Of a stretch of 43,425 bases of DNA, positions 9,811-18,007 are shown in pieces. The notes beneath the pieces were generated by a model. The model was not told where the DNA came from and searched no databases. It was given only the letters and a program-made list of their open reading frames with translations. Both the position numbers and the translations under genes were made by a program. This DNA comes from Candidatus Micrarchaeaceae archaeon. GTDB taxonomy: Archaea; Micrarchaeota; Micrarchaeia; Micrarchaeales; CABMGC01. The stretch covers positions 1-43,425 of the forward strand of contig JAVYWZ010000006.1 of NCBI GenBank assembly GCA_038877255.1, written 5' to 3'. Position 1 is the first letter of the stretch. Each line of letters starts with the position of its first letter.

Positions 9811-10553
9811 TGAAAGAGACAACAATAATTGCAGATAAGGTAAAGCTGAAAAATCCGGTGCTCATAGTAGGTATGCCGGGGATAGGCAATATAGGAAGCC
9901 TGGTCGCGCAATACTTGGTACAAAAGCTTAATGCAAAGCAGTTCGCCACGCTTTACTCTCCGCATCTGCCGTATATAATCATAGCACTTGCTGATGGCAG
10001 TTTCAGGCTTGTCAGTGACAGATTCTACTACTGGAAAGGCAAGGACAGGGACCTTGTCATTCTTGTTGGGGATTACCAGCCAGCAAGCTCAGAAGGTCAG
10101 TATGAAATAAACGAAAAAATAGTAGAATTTTTCAAATCAATAGGGGGCAACGAAATTTATACTATAGGCGGATATACTGCAGAGGACAGGTATGTTCAAA
10201 ATCCAAGGGTTTTCGGCGTTACTGCTGATGCTGCAATGAGGAAAAAACTCGAGAAGTTCAATGTCATATTCGGAGCGTTGCCGAATCTTTCAATAATTGG
10301 CGCAGCTGGAATGGTGGTTGCTTTCGCTAAAGAGCACAAAATGCCAGCAGCGTGCGTAATGGGCGAAACCGGCATGCTAGAGGTTGATGCAAACTCAGCA
10401 AAAAGCGTGCTGGAAATACTATCAAAGTTATTTAAGATAAAAATCGACCTGAATGACATAAGTGCGCTTCAAAAAGATACCGAAAAATTCATTAAGGAGC
10501 TTGAGGGGGCGACGCAAAGTCAAAAAGAAGAATTCCCTAATTATATAAAATAG
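9807..10553 (+). CDS. Proteasome assembly chaperone (PAC2) family protein
   Basis: Motifs GMPGIGNIG, LYSPHLP, YTIGGY, IIGAAG and MGET; conserved position after aIF2alpha. Confidence 0.9.
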   Translation: MMKETTIIADKVKLKNPVLIVGMPGIGNIGSLVAQYLVQKLNAKQFATLYSPHLPYIIIALADGSFRLVSDRFYYWKGKDRDLVILVGDYQPASSEGQYEINEKIVEFFKSIGGNEIYTIGGYTAEDRYVQNPRVFGVTADAAMRKKLEKFNVIFGALPNLSIIGAAGMVVAFAKEHKMPAACVMGETGMLEVDANSAKSVLEILSKLFKIKIDLNDISALQKDTEKFIKELEGATQSQKEEFPNYIK

Positions 10554-10576
10554 TTAAGGCAGATATTATCGGCAAT

Positions 10577-10660
10577 GCGCCGATAATCTAGCCTGGTAGG
10601 ATGCGAGCTTCCCAAAGCAGGAAACAGCTCGAAGCCCGGGTTCAAATCCCGGCCGGCGCA
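10577..10660 (+). tRNA. tRNA-Gly(CCC) with an 11-nt intron at 37/38 (10615-10625)
   Basis: CGAGC-TTCCCA[AAGCAGGAAAC]A-GCTCG, with a TTCC/GGAA central helix of a BHB-like motif and T-arm CCGGG-TTCAAAT-CCCGG. Confidence 0.9.
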
Positions 10661-10824
10661 GTGTAAAACAAACATTGAAAACATGAGAAAACAAAACACT
10701 GTTGCTTTTGCGCTATTCGTTATCAGATGCATGTTCGTGCCTTTCGTCGTAATAACAGCAGCAACCATGCTTAACAGCGCATCTTTGTTAGGTTTTTCAT
10801 ACAAGATATTAGCGATGCTTTGAC

Positions 10825-11328
10825 ATGGAAATAGTGCAAAAAAAGCTAGTTGCGGACGTGATGCTTGAAAAACTCGCAAGGTGGATAAGGCTCAGTGGCA
10901 CAAAAATAACTACTCTGCCATTTTCTGACGACAACGACATAATACGCTATGTTAAAAGGCACAATGCCACTTTGCTTACACAGGACGAACAGCTTGCTGC
11001 TCGAAGCAATCGTAGAAAGTTTAAGGTGCTGCTTGTAAAAGGGGCAAGCATTGAAGAGCAGCTTGCGTTTGTAGCGTGTTCACTTAATCTTAAAATCCAT
11101 ATTACACCTGCGTACATCTGCCCTTACTGCAATGCAACGCTCGTTAAAATGAAGAAGAAAAGTGTGCAAAACAGGATTCCAGACAGAGTTGCAAAATCAC
11201 ACACTTCTTTTTATATGTGCAAGAAATGCAAACGCATATACTGGCGCGGCACTCATTGGAATAACATAAGTGCGAGGCTGAGACGCGCCCTTCTAATTAA
11301 AAATCAGATATGTAATTCAGGAAATTAG
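10825..11328 (+). CDS. Mut7-C RNase domain protein (PIN-like fold plus zinc ribbon)
   Basis: Motifs ADVMLEKLARWIRLSG, LLTQD and CPYCN…CKKCKRIYWRGTHW. Confidence 0.9.
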   Translation: MEIVQKKLVADVMLEKLARWIRLSGTKITTLPFSDDNDIIRYVKRHNATLLTQDEQLAARSNRRKFKVLLVKGASIEEQLAFVACSLNLKIHITPAYICPYCNATLVKMKKKSVQNRIPDRVAKSHTSFYMCKKCKRIYWRGTHWNNISARLRRALLIKNQICNSGN

Positions 11329-11565
11329 CGTTTCATCAAGTACTTCTACTTCGTTTACACCTTTTATCTGCTTTAGTTTGTCTTCATAATCAGAGCTGCC
11401 TGTCTTATCATCATGCACAAACAGAACTTTCAGCACCTTTATTCCAAATGCAACATCCTCCACCGCAATGCTGTTTGGATGCAATACACTTGCTATTGTC
11501 TCTTTTACCTCTTCAGTTTTGCCTTCTTCAGGATAAACCCTGAATAGCACTGCAACGTCGCCCAT
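11317..11565 (-). CDS. ef1b: Translation elongation factor 1-beta
   Basis: MGDVAVLFRVYPE…EDVAFGIKVL…GVNEVEV. Confidence 0.93.
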   Translation of the reverse strand: MGDVAVLFRVYPEEGKTEEVKETIASVLHPNSIAVEDVAFGIKVLKVLFVHDDKTGSSDYEDKLKQIKGVNEVEVLDETLIS

Positions 11566-11732
11566 CAAGGTCCCTCAAATCCACATACGGCGCATTTGTA
11601 TGTGTGAAAATTCTCTCTGCAATCCCTGCATCTTACTATTATGCTATTGCCGCATTTAGGGCACTTGAATTCAGTATAGTCATTACTAAGCCTACCACAA
11701 GAGCTGCATACTTTTCCAACTGATCCAGTCAT
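11565..11732 (-). CDS. Small zinc-ribbon protein (DUF1610 family), missing from the ORF track
   Basis: Translated by hand: MTGSVGKVCSSCGRLSNDYTEFKCPKCGNSIIVRCRDCRENFHTYKCAVCGFEGP*. It overlaps ef1b at TGATG, the usual neighbour. Confidence 0.9.
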   Translation of the reverse strand: MTGSVGKVCSSCGRLSNDYTEFKCPKCGNSIIVRCRDCRENFHTYKCAVCGFEGP

Positions 11733-11896
11733 ATTGAGGCCTCTATGTTGCTTGTTATGCGTTATGTTGTTTTTAATGCCGTAGAACAGGTTAATATCTG
11801 TTCAAAAGTATTTATATGCCTATTGCTACGGCAAAACTGAGTGCATAAATAATATGTATAAAAGTCTGCTTTGCTTATTATTTACCTGTTTTGTTT

Positions 11897-11971
11897 GGGC
11901 ATGTGGTGTAACCTGGATAGCACGACGGCTTGCGGAGCCGTTGGTTGCGGGTTCAAATCCCGTCATGCCCG
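11897..11971 (+). tRNA. tRNA-Arg(GCG)
   Basis: Acceptor GGGCATG/CATGCCC, anticodon arm ACGGC-TTGCGGA-GCCGT and T-arm GCGGG-TTCAAAT-CCCGT. Confidence 0.95.
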
Positions 11972-11990
11972 CTACTGTAATGACAAATAT

Positions 11991-12015
11991 CCGAGTTCAA
12001 ATCTCTGCAGCCCCA
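11991..12015 (+). repeat. tRNA 3'-end fragment (T-arm plus acceptor strand, Pro/Trp-like), att-like copy 1
   Basis: CCGAG-TTCAAAT-CTCTG-CAGCCCC-A; does not match the adjacent tRNA-Arg. Confidence 0.7.
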
Positions 12016-12193
12016 TTTCCATTTTGACGTCTGAAAAGTCAGGGTTCAGTTTTGGAGACCAAAACGAACCATCAAAAGCTAGCACGGTTCAGAAAGACGA
12101 AAAACCCGAACTCGAAGTATCTAGGCTCCTTAGAGATAAGACAGATAAAAAGCGGTAAAGGTTGGAAATCAGTAATCGCATCCGAGCAAGAGA

Positions 12194-13024
12194 TTAGGAA
12201 CTCAAAACATTTTTTCTTCTAAGAAACTCCCAAATAGTTTCCGTACCGCAGATTTGATAATATTCTTTCAATAGCGGCAAAAGCTGGTCGGAGAGGTGTT
12301 TGGAGGCGGGTCTCTGTTGCACTTGCTGCCTATGATGCTTCTCTAAATCCAGCTTATGCTTCAGCAGTCCCACTTTTTCATCAAGGATGCCGTGGGGGCA
12401 GAAGTAATCCAAAAGTGCTTCTTCAAGGATGGGGTCCGAGTCTAGTAGCTTGTCTCTCAAACCGTTTTTGCGTATTAAATAATGAAGCGTTTCGTGAAGA
12501 AGAGTTGACACATTGCTTGTTTTATACTTTGGGTAGCTTAAGGCAACCAGGGGCGGGTTGTCTGAAATTAACATTCCCTGACCGAAAAAGGGGGTAATAT
12601 CGAGTATTACGTCTAATTTGTCAGGCAATCTAAATCCGAATATCTTTCGAATCCAACTAGAAGCAGCCATGTCATATTTTGTGTAATCCTTAACTAGCGC
12701 GCTTTTTGCGGTTTTCAATTTTTTGTCGTCTTTGATGACAGTTTGCAGGGTAATATCGTTCAGAAGCCCTTTGATTTTTTGAATGCGCTCGTCTTTTCCT
12801 TTCTTTGACACATTTTTGTCAAGCAAAGACAGCAGCAAATCAGATTTTGCATTTTCTTGGCCTTGCCAGTAAATCATGTTTGACACTTTCGCAGCCTTAT
12901 AAAAATTTGGGGTAAAGAAATCTGCAAACTTAAACAAATCGTTCGTTGGTTCTCTTGGGGAAGTCATGTAATGAATGCGGAGGAACTTTCTGATAAGAAT
13001 ATTGGTATTTACAGTTATTCTCAT
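12194..13024 (-). CDS. Hypothetical protein with an HExxH zinc-metallopeptidase-like motif
   Basis: TLLHETLHYL followed by a downstream LEEALL (gluzincin-like third ligand); lies between the att-like repeats. Confidence 0.6.
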   Translation of the reverse strand: MRITVNTNILIRKFLRIHYMTSPREPTNDLFKFADFFTPNFYKAAKVSNMIYWQGQENAKSDLLLSLLDKNVSKKGKDERIQKIKGLLNDITLQTVIKDDKKLKTAKSALVKDYTKYDMAASSWIRKIFGFRLPDKLDVILDITPFFGQGMLISDNPPLVALSYPKYKTSNVSTLLHETLHYLIRKNGLRDKLLDSDPILEEALLDYFCPHGILDEKVGLLKHKLDLEKHHRQQVQQRPASKHLSDQLLPLLKEYYQICGTETIWEFLRRKNVLSS

Positions 13025-13461
13025 GCTTTAACTAGGAAGTTGACAAATTAAATATCTTTGTGCACTTTTTATCGAGGTTTCTCTCCTCTCTTTTGTCGTC
13101 GGTATAATGAGTGAAAAGTAGGTCTCCTGAGAGACCAACTTGCGTTGGTCTGCCTTGCCAGGAGACAAAAACATAGAAACATGGGAGTTAAGAAATAAAA
13201 TACTAGAGATTTAGTCGTTCGCCAAAATCATAGTACAGAAATATGGCCATGTGTGTTCTTAACAGGATATTGCATAGGATCAATGGGTCTTATTATAAGT
13301 TTTATTTGGTTTGAACACCAGAAATCTAAAGTAACATCTAAGCTAAGTTCATAATATATATGTAAAATATCAGCGATGATATTTTTCCCGAACCCACACC
13401 GATTAAACACTTAATCATTTAAGCTTTAATCAGAGCAAAGGTGTTTCTATGCAGCGTAACA

Positions 13462-13481
13462 TTCGAATCTCGGCAGCCCCA
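13462..13481 (+). repeat. tRNA 3'-end fragment, att-like copy 2
   Basis: TTCGAATCTCGGCAGCCCCA; 19 of 21 nt match copy 1 when the following T is included. Confidence 0.7.
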
Positions 13482-13640
13482 TCTCTTATTTTTAAGAGCG
13501 ATGCTTGGGTTTGAATACGAATCATAGTTATGTTGTGTTATTGCCCTGCCTATTCTTTCCTATGTTTATTGAATAGATTCTATTGTATATTCTCATACTC
13601 TATTGCCTTATATTATAATCATGATATTTGTATTTCTGCT

Positions 13641-13856
13641 CTATCTGATTTTACCATTACTTTTTAGCCAAGCATACAAACCAGCAATTCCGCCTACAAT
13701 CAAAGAAAGCCATCCGCAATCTGCCACAACCCATACATCTGAACCATTATGTTGTGATGCCCAAGTCGCTGCCCACAATAATCCTATGCCAAGCATCAAT
13801 CCGAGTACAAATACAATGATCGGCGCTCTATCTTTATCCATAAATAAACTTCGCAC
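13641..13856 (-). CDS. Small membrane protein (two predicted TM helices)
   Basis: Two hydrophobic Gly-rich segments and a basic C-terminus. Confidence 0.5.
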   Translation of the reverse strand: MRSLFMDKDRAPIIVFVLGLMLGIGLLWAATWASQHNGSDVWVVADCGWLSLIVGGIAGLYAWLKSNGKIR

Positions 13857-13884
13857 GTCGTCCTTAAATAATTTATTTTACTGT

Positions 13885-14126
13885 TCAAGTACCAATGTCA
13901 TACTGGTCGGCAGGAGAACTCTTTTTGACATTCCAGCCAATAGACAAGCAGTGCAGGACATAGACTAGCGACTGTAGAAATATACTAACATGTCTTTTTG
14001 ATATTACTAATGTTTGCCCCTTTATGTTCAAATATAAATCCAGTATGGCAATGAAGTTCTTATCTTCATAAATCTTAAAGGCAATGACTTCGCCTTCAAT
14101 AATCATACAAAATAGGTCTTTTTCAT
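13885..14126 (-). pseudogene. HIT-family hydrolase remnant
   Basis: DLFCMIIEGEVIAFKIYEDKNFIAILDLYLNIKGQTLVISKRH matches the HIT N-terminus. The ATG at 14126 is out of frame and the HxHxH half is missing. Confidence 0.75.
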
Positions 14127-14133
14127 AACCACT

Positions 14134-14901
14134 TTATCTCCTTTTTACACAGACAAATATTGGTTGTTCTGAAGATTCCTTACTCCAAACTTTATCAGAC
14201 CAATCCCTGTAAACAAAGGTTTTGAAACCCAAATTATTTGTAATATCTCGAACTTTTGCAGTTTCTAGAAGTCCATATTCATATTTCAATACAGTTGTTT
14301 TGAACTCTTGGTATGTCTTGCTGCCTTTCAATAGCAATGTAACTCTATCAAAGTTTAATTCATTGTTTCGTATGCATCGGTGCGTCGTTGATATAAACTT
14401 TCCGCCCTTTACAGAAAGGACAGTGGTACTGGTCTCTCCATTGATCCAGCAGTCCTTAGCCATAGACAAGCTGAATATCAGCATTCCATTATTTTCTAGG
14501 TGTCTATACATGTTGCTCAGGGTCTTTATTATTCCTTTTCTAAGATCATCCCCATGATCTATAGCATCAAAGCAGGTTATAATGTCAAACTTCTCCTTAA
14601 GCTCAAAATTAAGCATATTAGCGGTAATAAACTCTACCCCCTTAACCTTCTGCCTTGCAAGTGCTATGTCTTCCTTGCTTATGTCAAGGCCCTTAGATTG
14701 ATAGCTATGCTTTAGCATACTGAGCAAAACACCATTACCACAACCAATATCTAACAAGGTCTTAGAATTCCCTTTAAGGTACCTTTTATCAGCCCATTTT
14801 ATGAAGGCCACCTGTCGTGCCTTATAGCTCTTATCAATCTCAGCGCTATGCTTGCCATATAACCTATTGAATTTAGCCGATAAGGACGTTTCTTCCTTCA
14901 T
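14134..14901 (-). CDS. Class I SAM-dependent methyltransferase
   Basis: Motifs LLDIGCGNG, GLDIS, FDIITC and HLENNGMLIF. Confidence 0.9.
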   Translation of the reverse strand: MKEETSLSAKFNRLYGKHSAEIDKSYKARQVAFIKWADKRYLKGNSKTLLDIGCGNGVLLSMLKHSYQSKGLDISKEDIALARQKVKGVEFITANMLNFELKEKFDIITCFDAIDHGDDLRKGIIKTLSNMYRHLENNGMLIFSLSMAKDCWINGETSTTVLSVKGGKFISTTHRCIRNNELNFDRVTLLLKGSKTYQEFKTTVLKYEYGLLETAKVRDITNNLGFKTFVYRDWSDKVWSKESSEQPIFVCVKRR

Positions 14902-15045
14902 ATAGCTCACACAAGGCACACATTATGCCAACTCTATAAAGCATAAACCTATAGAAAGGCTTTTACATCCCCAACTTAAACCTAATAAATTAGTGTGGGA
15001 ATATCGATACGATTAATCGTATAAAATAATGAAATTAATATTGGC

Positions 15046-16425
15046 TTACTTCTTTTTGGGCATTATTTCATCTATGCCGCATATGTCTGCGAGAACCTTT
15101 GGAACGTGTATTACGCCATCATCGTCCAGTCCATTCTCAAGTACGCATGCGAGTGTCCTTTCTATGGGAACCATTGTGCCGTATATTGTACTTACGTACT
15201 CCTTGTTCTGGGTACCTGTCTGCTGGTATTTCATGTTAAGTCTGTGTGCCTGCCAAGTTCCTACATTTGCATGGCTTCCAAGTTCGCCATATCGATTCTG
15301 CCCTGGGAACCACGCCTCCACATCAGCATGAAACACAGCCTTCGCATCCATATCCCAAGCAGGTAACAGTATCACTCTAAATGGCAGTCCAAGTTCATTG
15401 AGGAGTTCGGTTTGGTTCTTTATTGTTCCATTAAGTTCATTCTCGATTTGATCCTTCTTACATACTACATACTGCTCCACTTTGTTGAACTGATGATTCC
15501 TATATATTCCTTTCATGTCCTTGCCGTGCGCTCCTGCTTCCTTTCTGAAAGCGGCACTGAATCCAACGTATCTGAGTGGCAAATCTTTTTCTTCCAGCGT
15601 GGAATTGGAGTTGTATGCGGCAATAGGATGCTCCGAAGTTGGTATTAGATATGCATCTTCCCCCTCTATCTTGTATATCATCTCTTCAAAGGCACCAAGT
15701 GTGGTGGCTCCCTCCTCAACAACTCTCTTAACCATATAGGGCGGTATTATAGGATTGAACCCACTCTTATAAAGTTTTAGTAATGCGTACATAGAAAGTG
15801 CTGAATCTAAGAGCACCAACTCATTCTTCATATAATAGAATCTTTGACCTGCGAGCTCACCTCCTTTATCTTCATCTGCAAGGTCGTATTCCTTTAGTAT
15901 ATCATACTGGCTCTTCACAAGTTTTACCGGGATGTATTCGCCTCCAAATTGCTCTTCAAAGTCCGCGATCCTTGTGTTGAGCACTTTGGGTGTGCCGTAT
16001 CTGAAAACCGTCTTCTGCTCATCTAACGGCATAAGTGGGTCGACAAGGTTCGGCAATGACAACAGGGCTTCGCGACGCCTTTTCGCAATGTCTTTAAGTT
16101 CTTTCTCCCCTGCCTCCATATTTTTGTCTATTTCTGCTGCTTTCTTCCTAAGTTCCGCAAGTTCGAAATTTGAACCTCCTTTACTTATCTCTAGGGAAAG
16201 TTTGTTCTTAGCAGACCGGAAAGCGTTTACCTGCTGCAGTTTTTCCCTCCATATGGTGTCCAGCTCGAAAAATTTCTTGAGAGGCGCTTCATCAAGTTTT
16301 CTTTTTTTGAAAGCATCTTCAATTATAGCTCTGTTTTCCCTAAGCGCATGTACGTCCATACTGCTTCCAATGGGCATATCTGTAATTTTGATTCTTGGTA
16401 GACTAAATTTTTCTGGGTCTGTCAT
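15046..16425 (-). CDS. Seryl-tRNA synthetase homolog (divergent amino-acid pocket)
   Basis: N-terminal coiled coil, LPNL, GQRFYY, LIPTSEHP, motif 2 FRKEAG…HQFNKVEQ and motif 3 region ERTLACVLEN. The start is uncertain (16425 chosen; 16509 or MDVHAL possible). Confidence 0.85.
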   Translation of the reverse strand: MTDPEKFSLPRIKITDMPIGSSMDVHALRENRAIIEDAFKKRKLDEAPLKKFFELDTIWREKLQQVNAFRSAKNKLSLEISKGGSNFELAELRKKAAEIDKNMEAGEKELKDIAKRRREALLSLPNLVDPLMPLDEQKTVFRYGTPKVLNTRIADFEEQFGGEYIPVKLVKSQYDILKEYDLADEDKGGELAGQRFYYMKNELVLLDSALSMYALLKLYKSGFNPIIPPYMVKRVVEEGATTLGAFEEMIYKIEGEDAYLIPTSEHPIAAYNSNSTLEEKDLPLRYVGFSAAFRKEAGAHGKDMKGIYRNHQFNKVEQYVVCKKDQIENELNGTIKNQTELLNELGLPFRVILLPAWDMDAKAVFHADVEAWFPGQNRYGELGSHANVGTWQAHRLNMKYQQTGTQNKEYVSTIYGTMVPIERTLACVLENGLDDDGVIHVPKVLADICGIDEIMPKKK

Positions 16426-16711
16426 TAAATCATCGCTTCGTTTCTTGCAGTTAATTTCTTTTACTACTTGGAATGTTGAATTTTTAAATACCCATTCTTC
16501 CGAGTACAAACCAAATCTTTACACAGGGGGTTGTTACCTTCTCTCTTCCTGCCTTTCCTGTGCCTAGCCGCTGAAGGCCTTGTTGGTGAGGTTTTTGAAG
16601 AGGAAGACAAGGCCGAGCGGACGAGGGAGCACATAGTGAAATGCATTGAAGCCCTCGCAGCGTTCGCAGCGAACGCGTAGCACTTTTATACATATGCAGA
16701 TAAGCATAATC

Positions 16712-17542
16712 ATGCTTTTAAGCATAGAAGCGCTGCTGCTCTTCGCCACAGCGCTTGCCGTGGGTGTGATAGGCAACCTTGTAGGCATAGGCGGCGGCGT
16801 TCTCATAATGGTAGTGCTTCTCTTTGCATTCAGGATAAGCCCTCTAATTGCAAGCGGCATGAGCCTAGTAACAATACTTGTTAGCTCTGCCGTAGGTTCA
16901 TTGCTCAACATGAGGCAGCATGCGATAAGCAGGCAGCTCCTTTACATCATGGCGCTCACTGCAGGGGCAGGCGTTCTCTTCGGCTCATTCCTTGCGTATC
17001 ATGTAAGCACAAAACCCTTCGAGGCGCTGCTGGGCTTAGTTAGCCTGGGCATAGGTGTCTTTTCGGTGCTCGTTACGCGCACAGATGTGCGCAGGCTTGC
17101 AGGCCTTAGCACGAGCTTCAGCGCGCTCAGCAAAAGCGAGAGGGAGCATGCGCGCAGCGGCATAAGCAACAGGGCAAGCATAAGCCTTTTTGCCGCTATA
17201 GCAGGCATAATAGCCGGCCTATTCGGCATAGGCATAGGGGGCATAATGGGCACCTACCTTACAGCGATAAGGAAGCTCAACCCCAAGGTTGTATTCTCTT
17301 CTGTGCTCGCCACAATGATTGTGACCTCTCTTCTGGGCGCCTCGTTGCACTTGCTCAGCGTCAGAAGCGGCTCAGGCGTCGTTGTATTTATCGTGGCTAT
17401 GGTGCTCGGTGCGGCGCTTGGGGCGCTCTTCGGGGCCGCAGCTTCGAGCATGATCAGGCTTGGCAGCCTGAGGTTCCTTCAGGGCTACATCATAATAAGC
17501 CTAGGGCTCATAACGCTCGCCTTTTCGCTGCTGAATGTGTGA
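16712..17542 (+). CDS. Sulfite exporter TauE/SafE (TSUP) family membrane protein
   Basis: Two repeats of the GxxGIGGG motif (GNLVGIGGG, GLFGIGIGG) and about 8 TM helices. A TATA-like TTTTATA lies ~22 nt upstream of ATG 16712. Confidence 0.85.
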   Translation: MLLSIEALLLFATALAVGVIGNLVGIGGGVLIMVVLLFAFRISPLIASGMSLVTILVSSAVGSLLNMRQHAISRQLLYIMALTAGAGVLFGSFLAYHVSTKPFEALLGLVSLGIGVFSVLVTRTDVRRLAGLSTSFSALSKSEREHARSGISNRASISLFAAIAGIIAGLFGIGIGGIMGTYLTAIRKLNPKVVFSSVLATMIVTSLLGASLHLLSVRSGSGVVVFIVAMVLGAALGALFGAAASSMIRLGSLRFLQGYIIISLGLITLAFSLLNV

Positions 17543-17699
17543 CATATGCTTTTGCATGGCGGTTGCTCATAGGCGATACATGCAACAGCGTAGGCTCAAT
17601 GAAAAATACAAAAGCAAGAAGCAGGGCATAGCATATTGCTGCTTTATTCTGTGCGCAGCGCAAAAGATATTTAAAAGTCGAACCTGGAAAAGTTAAAAT

Positions 17700-17879
17700 A
17701 TGCTAAGCAACGTAGCGGCCAAAGCAAAAGATGCCACGCTGGAAGAGTATGCCGCCGCGCTGCGTTGAGCCGCCGCATATCTGATAGACAATATATCTGA
17801 AAGCGGCTATATCCCTGCCTCTGCGGATTACCCATGGTATAACCCGCATTGGTTCAGGGATTCTTCATGGGTTGCATAA
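17700..17879 (+). pseudogene. Glycoside hydrolase (GH15/glucoamylase-like) N-terminal remnant
   Basis: Hand translation: MLSNVAAKAKDATLEEYAAALR*AAAYLIDNISESGYIPASADYPWYNPHWFRDSSWVA*. It carries a GxIxAS…Y…WxRD motif, an internal TGA and a truncation. Confidence 0.65.
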
Positions 17880-18007
17880 TGAGAAAATTGTGGAGATAGT
17901 ATAATTAGAAATCTAAACGGCAATGCATGTTATGATATAAAAGTCAACACCCTAGCCATCTATCAATGCCTATTTAAAAGTTATTCATCTATTATATAAT
18001 AGATTGC

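Noticed and set aside
15007..15022. Perfect 16-bp palindrome ATACGATTAATCGTAT
   Set aside because: A single AT-rich occurrence; it could be an operator or terminator, but no function can be supported.
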